In this document: piece by piece, positions 22,501 to 34,983 of the stretch
How the letters are laid out: every line of letters begins with the position of its first letter
How positions within the stretch are numbered: the stretch's first letter is position 1
Assembly (NCBI GenBank): GCA_028826165.1
Contig: JAPDFW010000060.1
Location: 372,001 to 436,000, forward strand
Direction: 5' to 3'
DNA length: 64,000 nucleotides
Source of the DNA: Anaeramoeba ignava BMAN
Taxonomy: Eukaryota > Protista > Anaeramoebae
Notes under the pieces: model-generated
Database searches by the model: none
Told to the model about the DNA's origin: nothing
Seen by the model: the letters and a program-made list of their open reading frames with translations, nothing else
Made by a program: the position numbers and the translations under genes

Positions 22501-23621
22501 AAATAATATTTTAATTGAATAAACAGAGAGTAATAAAATAAAATTAATTTAATTTAATTTAATTTAATTTAATTTAATTTAATAAAAAATTTAGGGAGTA
22601 AATGAATTCAAAATCAAAATCAAATAACAATAATTTAAATAATTTTCTTCCTATTTTTTTTAGTACTCTCCACTTCATTTCCTCTGTAATAACAAAAGGA
22701 TTACAACAGAAATGATTGATATTTTGATTAAAGGTGGATCAAATTTCAATTTAGGAGAAGTAAAAAATCTATTTAATTTTTTTTTCTTTGATAATTATTA
22801 AAATTTATTTGGATTGAAAATTATTAAATAGATTGTAAATAAATCTTATATTAATCAAAAAAAAATTTTTTTAAAATTCAAGTTTAATTTTCATTTAAAT
22901 TCTAAATTCTAAATTCTAAATTCTAAATTTAAATAGGATGTAAATAAATAATATTTCCTAAATAAAAATAAATTCAAATTTTAACTAAATTCTAACTTTA
23001 AATTAAAATTTAATAAATAGGAAGTAAATAAATGCAAAAATAATTTGATATTTTTAATTTTCTTTTTTTCTTCTTAAAATAATTCCTCAATAGCAAGTAA
23101 AAAATTTATTTAAAATTTTTTTTAAATGATTCCAAACATTTTAATTTGAAAATTTTTCCAAAAATAAAAGGGAGTAAATGATAAATTTATTTAATTCTTT
23201 TTTTTTAGAACAAATTAGTTAAATTCATTTTTGATTTCCAAATAAAAAAATGGATAATTGATTAAATAGCAAGTAAATTGATTTAAATAATTAAATTTTG
23301 ATTTACTTTTTATTATTAAATTCAATTAATTAGCCTGTAAATAATAAGATAAAATTTATTTCCAAATAACAAATGAATTAAATATATCATTTAAAAATTA
23401 AATAGGGAGTAAATTTAATCCAAAAAAATAATCTTAAAAAAAATCTTAAAAAAATATTTGTTTTTTAGGCAACTGTATTGCATTGTCTTTGTGTGAATTC
23501 ATTATTATCAGAAGAAATGATTAAATTATTGAAAGGAACCAATGCTGATTTTTCTATAAAAAGTTATAATGGAACAACACCAAAAGATTTTCTTCCTAAT
23601 CATCTTCAAAAACTGATTTAA
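16533..23621 (+). CDS. RING - kinase - linker - ARM-like repeats - ankyrin repeats with single-codon microexon arrays (~53 exons)
   Basis: In-frame exons 16533-17532, 17639-17967, 18061-18217, ARM-like 18303-18431, 18497-18625, 18693-18824, then 18967-18996, 19075-19142, 19274-19294. ANK exons 19398-19491, 19845-19940, 20245-20340, 20582-20677, 21001-21094, 21743-21838, 22664-22759, 23469-23621(stop). 3-nt exons lie between the ANK exons. Two ANK exons are 94 nt, which would break the frame. Confidence 0.75.
19598..23408 (+). other. Seven arrays of 3-nt microexons (36 total) between ankyrin exons
   Basis: AG|NNN|GTA motifs spaced by ~55-105 nt AT-rich introns. Codons by array: K,K / E,D,E / K,D,E / T,F,Q / Q,Q,A,N,H,F,D / K,I,K,G,D,A,Y,F,R,G / I,D,E,Q,G,Q,P,G. 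Confidence 0.85.
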
Positions 23622-23699
23622 AAACAAAACAAATGATTTTTCTTTTTTTTTTGACACATCACAATTTGATTATTTTTTTTCTTTTGAATTTTGGATTGA

Positions 23700-24125
23700 A
23701 AATATAAATCAAATTCAAAATCAAAATCAAATTCAAATTCAAATTCAAATCAAATCAAATTCAATTTCAAAATCAAATCAAACTCAAATTCAAATTCAAA
23801 CTAATTCAAATTCAAACTAATTCAAATTCAATTCAAATTCAAATTCAAACCAAATTCAAATTCAAATTCAAAATCAAAATCAAATTCAAATTCAAATTAA
23901 TTCAAATGAAATTGAAATCAAATTCAATTCAAATCAAATTAATTCAAATTTAATTCAAATTCAATTCAAATTCAAATTCAAATTCAAATTAATTCAAATT
24001 CAAATTCAAATTTAATTCAAATTTAATTCAAATTCAAACTAATTCAAATTCAAATTCAATTCAAATTAATTCAATTTGAAATCAATTCAAATTCAATTTC
24101 AAATTCAATTTGAAATTCAATCCAA
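23700..24125. repeat. Simple repeat (aattca/attcaa)n
   Basis: Seen directly. Confidence 0.85.
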
Positions 24126-24224
24126 TTCTTTTTCTTTTTCTTCAAATTCAAAAAAGAATAAAAAAATTTCGAAATTCAAAAACACAAAATTATTTTTCTT
24201 AATTTTTGGATTGAATTATTTCTG

Positions 24225-24415
24225 AATTTTAAAAAAGAATTTATTATTAATATTAAATTATTATTATTAAAAATAATGAAATAAATTAATTAAAATATTT
24301 TATTTATTATTTTATTTAATTTTTAATAATAATTTATTTAATATTTTACAATAAAATTAATTAAGAAATAATTTTAAAAAAGAATTTATTATTAATATTA
24401 AATTATTATGATTAA
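24225..24415. repeat. Satellite family A, short remnant
   Basis: Matches the unit at 6020-8390. Confidence 0.85.
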
Positions 24416-24539
24416 AAAATAAATTTTTTTTTTCATTTTTTTTCTTAGTTAAAAATAGTTTTATTTCCATTTAATCCATATAGCCATCATATATTTTTAT
24501 TATTTTTTTTTATTATTGTATTTATATTCATTTTTCTTG

Positions 24540-24980
24540 TTTCTTTTTTAGTGTTATAACGTCATCCGCGAACATCTGCACGTATTCAGTAATTTTATTG
24601 ATTTCTTGAATTATAAAGTGAGGTATCCAAGCATATATCATCGGGGAAAGTGGATCTCCTTAGTATATTCCTAGTTCGTTATTATCGTAGGATTTAATTA
24701 GAAATTTTTGAGTTTGATTATGTTGGACATATTTGTCTATGATTGATTTTATTAATGTGTGATTAATCGTGCCAAAGCATTTTTTTATATCTAATTGTAT
24801 AATGTATATATTGTTATGTTTTTTTAGTTCTTTTTGGAGTTCAATCGTAGCAATTCTTGTGTCGTAGTGTTTTCTAAATCCAAATTGTTTTTTATCTACT
24901 TTGTTCTAGGTTGTTTCTAGATTTTTATATATTATTTTCAGGAATATTCTTGGTAATGCATTATTTATTGATATTTGTCT
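24540..24980 (-). pseudogene. Decayed LINE-like RT fragment, same family as 2840-3335
   Basis: Minus-strand translation gives DKKQFGFRKHYDTRIATIELQKEL...QLDIKKCFG, GIY*GDPLSP and MFADD, with a stop and a frameshift. Confidence 0.82.
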
Positions 24981-27099
24981 AAAAAAAATCCTTTTCTTTT
25001 ATAATGAATTTCCACATTTCCAATTTTTTATTTTCATTTTCAAAAGTAAAATGGATTGAAATGAGATTGAAAAAAAATGAGAAGAGATTGACGGAGAAAA
25101 TGCTAATAATTTCCCTCAAAACTCCATCTTGAACTTCTTGATGGTATCTTTGTCATTTTTTTCACATTTCGTGGTTTGGGTAAAGAAGGATGTATAACCT
25201 TTCATCATTATTTCCTTCTTCACATGAAATAGATCCAACTTATTAATCATTACGGGATATTTTTCTTTCAAAATTTTTAATTTTTTTTCTTAATAAACAA
25301 CTGAGATTAGATTGAACTCTGTAGATAAAGTTCTATCACAGAGAGAAGTGCATGATCGGAATCATTATTCCAATGTGAATATGTAGTATCAAGACCACAT
25401 TCTAAAGGAGGTAAATGCGAGACTTGATTTTTATCCAAGAAGGTTGTGAGATCTTTATCCGAGAGTTTTCTATTTATCCAGGAAGGTGAATTTGAATTTA
25501 GATTTTTAATCTTTTCCAAAACCGGTGATTGATGATCTCGAACAAAATCTTTCACTCATTTTTTTATTATTGAAGGGGATTTTTAGTCCTTATTTCTTTT
25601 TTTAAAAATTTTGATTATGAATCCTTGTTTTGGGTTATAGTTGTGAAAAAATTTACAAAAAAAAAGAAATTGTAATACTGGGGGAATTTTCTTTATTAAG
25701 ATGTTCCCACCCATTATTATCCAAGAGAAAAATAATTGTTTGATTACTTGCATAAAATCTGGGCAAGATTTCTTTCTCCTTGTTTGTGTTTTGGGATCTG
25801 TCGAAATTTGTTTTTAAATCATGATTTGATTTCAAATTACTTTCTCCTTTTTCAATTTTCAATTGATTATCAAAATCTTTGCATAAAGTTTCTGGATCAG
25901 GATCTTCATCTGATCCTCCATCAAGATCAGAATTTAATTCAATTTAAAATCTGAATTCAATTTAAAATCTGAATTTAATTTAAAATCTTAATTCAATTTA
26001 AAATCTGAATTCAAATTAAAATCTATTGGGATGTTCTTCTAAAATTTATCGGGATTCCATTTCTTTTTTCATATTCGGTTTCTTCATTGAAGACAGATAT
26101 GAGTTATGAACACCAATATTCTTCTTATTCGATTAATTGAGTGGAAAAAGTCTCCATATTGATCCTACTCATCAAAAAAAAAATCATTTAAACTTCTATT
26201 ATATCGCTCAACACATCCATTTTTTCTATTTTATAAAGATCAATCAATTTGTTATAAATCATATTTTCCATGTTGGTTGACTTTTTTTTTTAAGATATAT
26301 ATTTGTTGTGGATTTCTAGTTGAGATAATTTTTTCCAATATCTAGTTAAAAAGTTATTATTTGAAAATTTTTCTATTTTTATTAAAAGTATATTGTTTTA
26401 TTCATATTCTAGATTTAAATTTTTTTTCTATTTTTATCATCTTGAAATTCTTTTCAAAGAAAAAAATGAAAAATAATTTTCATTTTGAAAATTTTTTGGA
26501 TTTCAATCTCTAGAAATAATGTATTGAACAAAAATTAAAGATAGTTTTTCATGTATTTCTTTATTACAAACGCAGGTATAACAAAATATCAAACATAATT
26601 GCTTCTGTTCCAAATCTTGTTGCAGAAACCTGAGATCCTTCAAGATTTATGGTTTCAAATTTTAATAATAACCACGCTTGAAAAGCTTCATTTCTATTGA
26701 TTTCAGAATAAGTGTGTTGAGTTAATTTGAAAATTTATTCTTTTGAATAGATTTAGAAGGAAAAACCGTGATCAAAAAATGAACATAAATCAGATTTCCG
26801 TGATGCTCTAAACATCTTACTTGGAAAAAATATTATTATTATTATTATTAATTAAATTTATATAATCCCTTAACAGTTTTGCGAGACCACCAAATCTTCC
26901 TATCATTGGAATCCAAAAATCTTTTCATTGTTAGAACATTCTTTTTTTTTTGAGAATTTCTATTAATTCTATTAACAATACAGATTTTTTTCTTTTTTTG
27001 GAGATTTCTCATACCGAAATTACTCTCGGAATCATTTTTCATGTTGGAATATAATTTTTTTCTTTTCCTTTTTTAAAAGATGTATTTGGAATCTTTTAG

Positions 27100-27520
27100 T
27101 TTCATCTACTGCAATTGCTCAATATTTTGTATTCTTTAAAACTTCTTATTTTACAAAATCCAATTTCAATGCTGAATCTTTCATAAATTCCTCCACTGTT
27201 TTAGGGTTTAGAGTTTTTGGTTTAAATTTAATCCAAAATTTGTATTTTACTTCGAAAATTATTCAAACCATCCCAATATAGCCTTGACACTCTCAATATC
27301 ACTCCTTTCGTTATTTAAATATTTTTTTTCCCTTTTCTCATCAAGATAGTTTATTTGGATTGTTTGAGTTAAACTTGGTATTTATCAAATTTTTGTAATT
27401 TTTGAGTTTCTTTTAAGTTAAACAAATTTAAACATAAATGATTTTATAACTATGTTTTGTTTGAAATTATTTGGAGTTATTTTAAATGTACCGTCTATGG
27501 AAATTTGTTCAGCTCTCTAT
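27100..27520 (-). mobile_element. Possible MULE/Mutator transposase remnant
   Basis: Minus strand at 27510-27451 reads EQISIDGTFKITPNNFKQ, matching the MULE DGTFxxxPxxFxQ motif. The rest is degraded. Confidence 0.5.
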
Positions 27521-27859
27521 CTATATTGAACAATATAATTGGGTTCGTTCAAATCTTTTATTTTAATTATGAAATGATTTTTTTCATGTGAGAATTGAAT
27601 TGAAAATGAAAAAGAAATTATCCTTAATTCCTTTTTATTCTTTTAAAAACGGATTTTATTAACACAATTTTTGAATGAATTTTTTTTTGTGATTAAAATT
27701 ATAAAAAAAAATTTAGAATTGAAACAATTCATAAAATTATAATAATTTTAAAGAAAGAAAAATGAAAAAAAAGTTTTATAAAAAAAAAAAGATTGATTAT
27801 TTCTTTTAAAAACAAAAAATCCAAAAACAAATTTTTTTTAAAATTTATTTAAAATTAAT

Positions 27860-30230
27860 ATAAAATTGATTTAAAATTGATTTAAAATTGATTTAAAATT
27901 GATTTAAAATTGATTTAAAATTGATATAAAATTGATATAAAATTGATTTAAAATTGATTTAAAATTGATTTAAAATTGATTTAAAATTGATTTAAAATTG
28001 ATTTAAAATTGATTTAAAATTGATTTAAAAATTTAAAATTGATTTAAAATTGATTTAAAATTGATTTAAAATTGATTTAAAATTGATTTAAAATTGATTT
28101 TGATTTAAAAATTAAAATTGATATAAAATTGATATAAAATTGATTTAAAATTGATATAAAATTGATTTAAAATTGATTTAAAATTGATTTAAAATTGATT
28201 TAAAAATTGATTTAAAATTGATTTAAAATTGATATAAAAATTGATTTAAAATTGATTTAAAATTGATTTAAAATTGATTTAAAATTGATTTAAAATTGAT
28301 TTAAAAATTTATATAATTTTTGATTTAAAATTGATTTAAAATTGATTATAAAATGATTTAAAATTGATTTAAAATTGATTTAAAATTGATATAAAATTGA
28401 TTTAAAATTGATTTAAAATTGATTTAAATTTAAAATTTAAAATTGATTTAAAATTGATTTAAAATTGATTTTTAAAATTGATTTAAAATTGATTTAAAAT
28501 TGATTAAAAATTGATTTTAAAATTGAGATATAAAATTGATATAAAATTGATATAAAATTGATTTAAAAATTGATTTAAAAAAAATTTAAAATTGATTTAA
28601 AATTGATATAAAATTGATTTAAAATTGATTTAAAATTGATTTAAAATTGATTTAAAATTGATTAAAATTGATTTAAAATTGATTTGATATAAAATTGATT
28701 TAAAATTTAAAATTGATTTAAAATTGATTTAAAAATTGATTTAAAAATTTAAAATTGATTTAAAATTGATAAAATTGAAAATTGATTTAAAATTGATTTA
28801 AAATTGATTTAAAAATTGATTTAAAATTGATTTAAAATTGATTTTAAAATTGATTTAAAATTGATAAAAAATTGATTTAAAATTGATTTAAAATTGATTT
28901 TAAAATTGATTTAAAAATTGATTTAAAATTGATTTTTAAAATTGATTTAAAATTGATTTAAAATTGATTTAAAATTGATTTAAAATTGATTTAAAATTAA
29001 TAAAATTGATTTAAAATTGATTTAAAATTAAAATTGATTTAAAATTGATTTAAAATTGATTAAAAAATATAAAATTGATATAAAATTGATTTAAAATTGA
29101 TATAAAATTGATTTAAAATTGATTTAAAATTGATTTAAAATTGATTTAAAATTGATTTAAAATTGATTTTAAAATTGATTTAAAATTGATTTAAAATTGA
29201 TTTTAAAATTGATTTAAAATTGATTTAAAATTGATTTAAAATTGATTTAAAATTGATTTAAAAAAATTACATAAAATTGATTTAAAATTGATTTAAAATT
29301 GATTTAAAATTGATTTAAAATTGATATAAAATTGATTTAAAATTGATTTTAAAATTGATTTAAAAATTGATTTAAAATTGATTTAAAATTGATTTAAAAT
29401 TGATTTAAAATTGATATAAAATTGATTTAAAATTGATTTAAAATTGATTTAAAATTGATTTAAAATTGATTTAAAATTGATTTAAAATTGATTTAAAATT
29501 GATTTAAAATTGATATAATTGATTTTAAAATTGATTTAAAATTGATTTAAAATTGATTTAAAATTGATATAAAATTGATTTAAAATTGATTTAAAATTGA
29601 TTTAAAATTGATTTAAAATTGATTTAAAATTGATTTAAAATTGATTTAAAATTGATTTAAAATTGATATGATTTAAAATTGATTTAAAATTGATTTAAAA
29701 TTGATTTAAAATTGATTTATTAAAATTGATTTAAAAATTGATTTAAAAATTGATATAAAATTGATTTAAAATTGAAAATTGATTTAAAATTGATATAAAA
29801 TTGATTTAAAATTGATTTAAAATTGATTTAAAATTGATTTAAAATTGATATAAAATTGATTTAAAATTAATTTAAAATTGATTTAAAATTGATATAAAAT
29901 TGATATAAAATTGATTTAAAATTAAAATTGATTTAAAATTGATATAAAATTGATTTAAAATTGATTTAAAATTGATTTAAAATTGATTTAAAATTGATTT
30001 AAAATTGATTTAAAATTGATATAAAATTGATTTAAAATTGATTTAAAATTGATTTAAAATTGATTTAAAATTGATTTAAAATTGATTTAAAATTGATTTA
30101 AAATTGATATAAAATTGATTTAAAATTAATTTAAAATTGATTTAAAATTGATTTAAAATTGATTTAAAATTGATTTAAAATTGATTTAAAATTGATTTAA
30201 AATTAATATAAAATTGATTTAAAATAAAAA
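27860..30230. repeat. ~2.4 kb tandem array of an 11-bp unit (aaaattgattt)
   Basis: Seen directly. Confidence 0.95.
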
Positions 30231-30313
30231 ATTAAAATTGTTGTTTTGTTTTGTTGGGAATTTTTATTTATTCAAAAAAAGAAAAGAAAAGAAAAGAAAA
30301 GAAAAGAAGAAAT

Positions 30314-32293
30314 TTAATCAACTTCTTCAACTCTAACTCCATTTCCTTGATTAAATTTATTACTATTGTTATTGTATCCTTGATAATAATTTTCATTTGG
30401 ATTCATTTGTGGATTTGATTGAGCTTGACCTTGTTGTTGAGATTGTTGATAAAGTTTAGTAATAATTGGTGAACATTTTCCTTCTAATTCTTTTAATTTG
30501 TTTTCAAAATCTTCTTTTGAAGCTGAATCCAAATTTGAATCAATCCATTTAATTGTTTCTTCAACTGATTTTTCAATTGTGTTCTTATCATTTTCTTGAA
30601 GAACTGCTCTGAATTTTTCATCTCTAATTGTATTTCTCATATTATAAGCATAAGATTCAAGTTGATTTCTTGCTTCGATTTTTTGTTTTTGTTTTTCATC
30701 TTGTTCTCTATATTTTTCTGATTCTCTTATCATTTGCTCAATTTGTTCTTTGGATAATCTTCCTTTCTCATTTTTGATTGTGATTTGATTTTTATTTCCT
30801 GTTGTTTTATCCATTGCAGTTACATTTAATATCCCATTTGAATCAATATCAAAATTGACTAAAATTTGAGGAACTCCTCTTGGAGCTGGTGGAATTCCTC
30901 TTAATTCAAATTTCCCTAATGAATTGTTGTCTCTTGTCATCTGTCTTTCTCCTTCAAAAACTTGAATCAAAACACCTGGTTGATTATCTGCATAAGTTGA
31001 AAAAATTTCTTCTTTTTTTGTTGGAATTGTTGTATTTCTTGGAATCAAAACAGTCATAACTCCTCCTGCAGTTTCAATTCCCAAACTTAATGGAGTTACA
31101 TCTAATAGCAAAACTTCTCCAATGCTTTCTGTTTCATTTCCTGATAAAATTGCTGCTTGAATTGCTGCTCCATAGGCAACAGCCTCATCTGGATTGATAC
31201 TTTTATTCAGATCTTTTCCATTGAAATAAGATTGTAACAAATCTTGAATTTTTGGAATTCTTGTTGATCCTCCAACTAAAACAACTTCGTCAATTTGAGA
31301 TTTTGATAATTTAGCATCTCTTAAACATTGCTCAACAGGATCTAAACATTTTCTGAATAAATCGCCACAAAGTTCTTCGAATTTAGCTCTAGTTATTCTG
31401 ATTGAGAAATCCAATCCATCAAACAAAGAATCAACTTCAATAGTTGTTTGAGTTGCACTTGAGAGAGTTCTTTTAGCTCTTTCACAAGCAGTTCTTAATC
31501 TTCTCATTGATTTTGGATTTTGAGAAGGATCAGAAGAGAGATTATTTCTGTATTTTCTTTTGAATTCATTCATGCAATATTCAACTAATCTATTATCAAA
31601 ATCTTCACCTCCTAAATGAGTATCACCAGCAGTTGATTTAACTTCAAATATTCCTCCTTCTATTGCCAAAACGGAAACATCAAAAGTACCTCCACCCAAA
31701 TCAAAAATCAATATCTTCTTTTCTTTTTGATCCTTTCTTTTATCCAATCCATAAGCAATAGCAGCAGCTGTTGGTTCGTTGATTATTCTTTTAACTGATA
31801 ATCCAGCAATTATTCCAGCATCTTTTGTGGCTTGTCTTTGAGAATCATTGAAATAAGCAGGAACAGTTATAACTGCATCATGAACTGATTCACCAAGAAA
31901 AGCTTCAGCTGTTTCCTTCATTTTAGTAAGAACCATTGCACTAATTTCTTCAGGAGCAAAATCAACTTGTTTTCCTTGAGAATTAACTCTGATATATGGT
32001 TTGTCTCCTTCTTTTCTAATAATTTTGAAAGGCCAAAGCTTCATATCTTTTTGAACTGTTTGATCGCTGTATTTTCTTCCTATTAATCTTTTAGCATCAA
32101 AAACTGTATTTGATGGGTTCATTGCAACTTGACCTTTTGCTGCATCTCCTATTAATCTTTCAGTTTCTGTAAAAGCAACATAAGATGGAGTTGTTCTATT
32201 TCCTTGATCATTTGGAATAATTTCAACTTTTCCATTTTTGTAAACTCCAACACAAGAATAAGTAGTTCCTAAATCAATTCCAATTGCTGACAT
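30314..32293 (-). CDS. HSP70: Cytosolic heat shock protein 70
   Basis: [38 protein letters not shown]-terminal EEVD. Intronless. Confidence 0.98.
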   Translation of the reverse strand: MSAIGIDLGTTYSCVGVYKNGKVEIIPNDQGNRTTPSYVAFTETERLIGDAAKGQVAMNPSNTVFDAKRLIGRKYSDQTVQKDMKLWPFKIIRKEGDKPYIRVNSQGKQVDFAPEEISAMVLTKMKETAEAFLGESVHDAVITVPAYFNDSQRQATKDAGIIAGLSVKRIINEPTAAAIAYGLDKRKDQKEKKILIFDLGGGTFDVSVLAIEGGIFEVKSTAGDTHLGGEDFDNRLVEYCMNEFKRKYRNNLSSDPSQNPKSMRRLRTACERAKRTLSSATQTTIEVDSLFDGLDFSIRITRAKFEELCGDLFRKCLDPVEQCLRDAKLSKSQIDEVVLVGGSTRIPKIQDLLQSYFNGKDLNKSINPDEAVAYGAAIQAAILSGNETESIGEVLLLDVTPLSLGIETAGGVMTVLIPRNTTIPTKKEEIFSTYADNQPGVLIQVFEGERQMTRDNNSLGKFELRGIPPAPRGVPQILVNFDIDSNGILNVTAMDKTTGNKNQITIKNEKGRLSKEQIEQMIRESEKYREQDEKQKQKIEARNQLESYAYNMRNTIRDEKFRAVLQENDKNTIEKSVEETIKWIDSNLDSASKEDFENKLKELEGKCSPIITKLYQQSQQQGQAQSNPQMNPNENYYQGYNNNSNKFNQGNGVRVEEVD

Positions 32294-32454
32294 TATTTAA
32301 AAATACAAAATAATACAAAAAAAATAATAAAAAAATATTTAATCTATTTAAAATAAAAGATTAAAAAAAATGAATAAAAAAAATAAAAAAAAATTTTTCT
32401 TAAATATTTCTTTTTTCGTAAGATCCTTGATTGGGAAGTTTTTTTTTTTTTTTT

Positions 32455-34175
32455 TTAATTAATTTTTTAATAAATAAAATATTAAAAATTAAATCTATTT
32501 TGATTTATTATTTATAATAAATTTATTTTATTTAATTATTTTAAACAAATTTTCAAATTAAATAATAAATTAAAATTAATTAATTTTATTATTATTTTTT
32601 ATTAATTAATTTTTTAATAAATAAAATATTAAAAATTAAATCTATTTTGATTTATTATTTATAATAAATTTATTTTATTTAATTATTTTAAATAAATTTC
32701 TAAATTAAATATTAAAATAAATTAAAATTAATTTTTAATAAATAAAATATTAAAAATTAAATCTATTTTGATTTAATATTTATAATAAATTTATTTTATT
32801 TAATTATTTTAAATAAATTAAAATATTAAAAATTAATTTTATTATTATTTTTATTAATTAATTTTTAATAAATAAAATATTAAAAATTAAATATATTTTG
32901 ATTTATTATTTATAATAAATTTATTTTATTTTAATTATTTTAAAAATAAATTTTTTCTAAATTAAATAAATAAATAAAAATTAAAATTTTAATTATTATT
33001 TATTATTATTTTTAATTAATTTTTAATAAATAAAATATTAAAAATTAAATCTATTTTTGATTTATTATTTATAATAAAAATTTATTTTATTTAATTATTT
33101 TTAAATAAATTTCCAAATTAAATAATAAATTAAAATTAATTAATTTTATTATTATTTTTTTAATTAATTTTTTAATAAATAAAATATTAAAAATTAAATC
33201 TATTTTGATTTATTATTTATAATAAAATTATTTTATTTAATTATTTTAAATAAATTTCCAAATTAAATATTAAATTAAAATTAATTAATTTTATTATTAT
33301 TTTATTAATTAATTTTTTAATAAATAAAATATTAAAAATTAAATCTATTTTGATTTATTATTTATAATAAATTTATTTTATTTAATTATTTTAAATAAAT
33401 TTTCAAATTAAATAATAAATAAATTAATTAATTAATTATTTTTTTTTATTATTTTTAATAAATTTTTTTTAATAAATAAAATATTAAAAATTAAATCTAT
33501 TTTTAATTTATTATTTAAACTAAATTTATTTTATTTAATTATTTTAAATAAATTTCCCCCCAAATTAAATATTAAATTAAAAATTAATTAATTTTATTAT
33601 TATTTTTTAATTAATTTTTAATAAATAAAATATTAAAAATTAAATCTATTTTTTTAATTTATTTTTTTATAATAAATTATTTTTTTATTTAATTAATTTT
33701 AAATAAATTTCAAATTAAATAATAAATTAAAATTAATTAATTTTATTATTATTTTTATTAATTAATTTTTTAATAAATAAAATATTAAAAATTAAATCTA
33801 TTTTGATTTATTATTTATAATAAAATTATTTTATTTAATTATTTTAAATAAATTTTCAAATTAAATAATAAATTAAAATTAATTAATTTTATTATTATTT
33901 TTTTAATAAATTTTTAATAAATAAAATATTAAAAATTAAATCTATTTTGATTTATTATTTATAATAAAATTATTTAATTTAATTATTTTAAATAAATTTC
34001 CAAATTAAATAATAAATTAAAATTAATTTAATTTTATTATTATTTTTTTATTTAATTTTTTAATAAATAAAATATTAAAAATTAAATCTATTTTGATTTA
34101 TTATTTATAATAAAATTTATTTAATTTAATTATTTTAAATAAATTTCCAAATTAAATAATAAATTAAAATTAATT
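32455..34175. repeat. AT-rich satellite, ~148 bp unit (family B)
   Basis: aaatattaaaaattaaatctattttgatt recurs about every 148 bp. Confidence 0.9.
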
Positions 34176-34217
34176 TCATTTTTTTCATTTTTTTCATTAA
34201 TTTTTTTTTTAATAAAA

Positions 34218-34873
34218 ATGAAAAGAAGAAATATTGAAGAAAAAGAAAAAGAAAAAGAAAGAAATTTAACACAAAAAGATCAAGGAATAATAGGAAAATA
34301 TGTAGAAGATGAAAAAACACAACAAATTGAAAAACCAAAACAAACAAATTTTGATATTTTTATGATGTATTTTGAAACAATAATATTTTGGATTATCACA
34401 ATATTTATCAATAAAAAATGGGAAATTTTGAACAATTTAATATCAAATGAAAAGCTTCATAATAAATGGATATTTTTATCAGCAATTTGCACAATAAATT
34501 TTATTGCAATTTTTATTTATTTAGCAGTTTATCTTCCAAAAATTAAAAAAATTAATGTTGATTGGTCAAGTTATGAAAATATAATAAATAATCATAAAAA
34601 TGCTATGTTTTTTGCAACAATATCAGGAGTACTTTTAACTCCTTTGTAAGTTATAAGTTTAATTATTAAAAAAAGAAGATTTATTAAAGAAAAAAAAAAT
34701 AATTTAAAAAATCGGATAAAAAATTTTTTAATTAAAAAAAATATTTGATTTTTTTATTTAAATTAAGTTTTGTTATTGGAATTTGGCCAGTTTATAGATT
34801 ATTTTCAATTCCTTTTACTGCTGCTTTTGGTCTTACTTTTTTATTTACTGTTAGACACATTCCTTTTAATTAA
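34218..34873 (+). CDS. TMEM128-like small multi-pass membrane protein (2 exons)
   Basis: Exons 34218-34645 and 34768-34873. IFIYLAVYLP...W..YE and FVIGIWPVY resemble the TMEM128 family. Confidence 0.65.
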
Positions 34874-34983
34874 ATCAAATTTAAAAAGAAAGAAAGAAAA
34901 ACAAATTTTTTTTTTTGAATTTTGAATTTTGAATTTTGAATTTTGAATTAAAAAAAATTCAAATTAAAAAATATTTTTTCTTT

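Noticed and set aside
19500-23460. AG-NNN-GTA motifs as a tandem repeat or chance pattern
   Set aside because: The spacers are mutually dissimilar, the triplets vary without stop codons, the motifs occur only at ankyrin hairpin positions, and comparable clusters were not seen in other introns of the window.
25000-27100. Short ORFs 25307-25555, 25653-25862 and 26848-27042 as genes
   Set aside because: They are fragmentary with no recognisable motifs and are probably degraded TE or gene debris that I cannot assign.
27860-30230. Telomeric repeat
   Set aside because: The array is internal, lacks G-runs, and resembles the other AT microsatellites.
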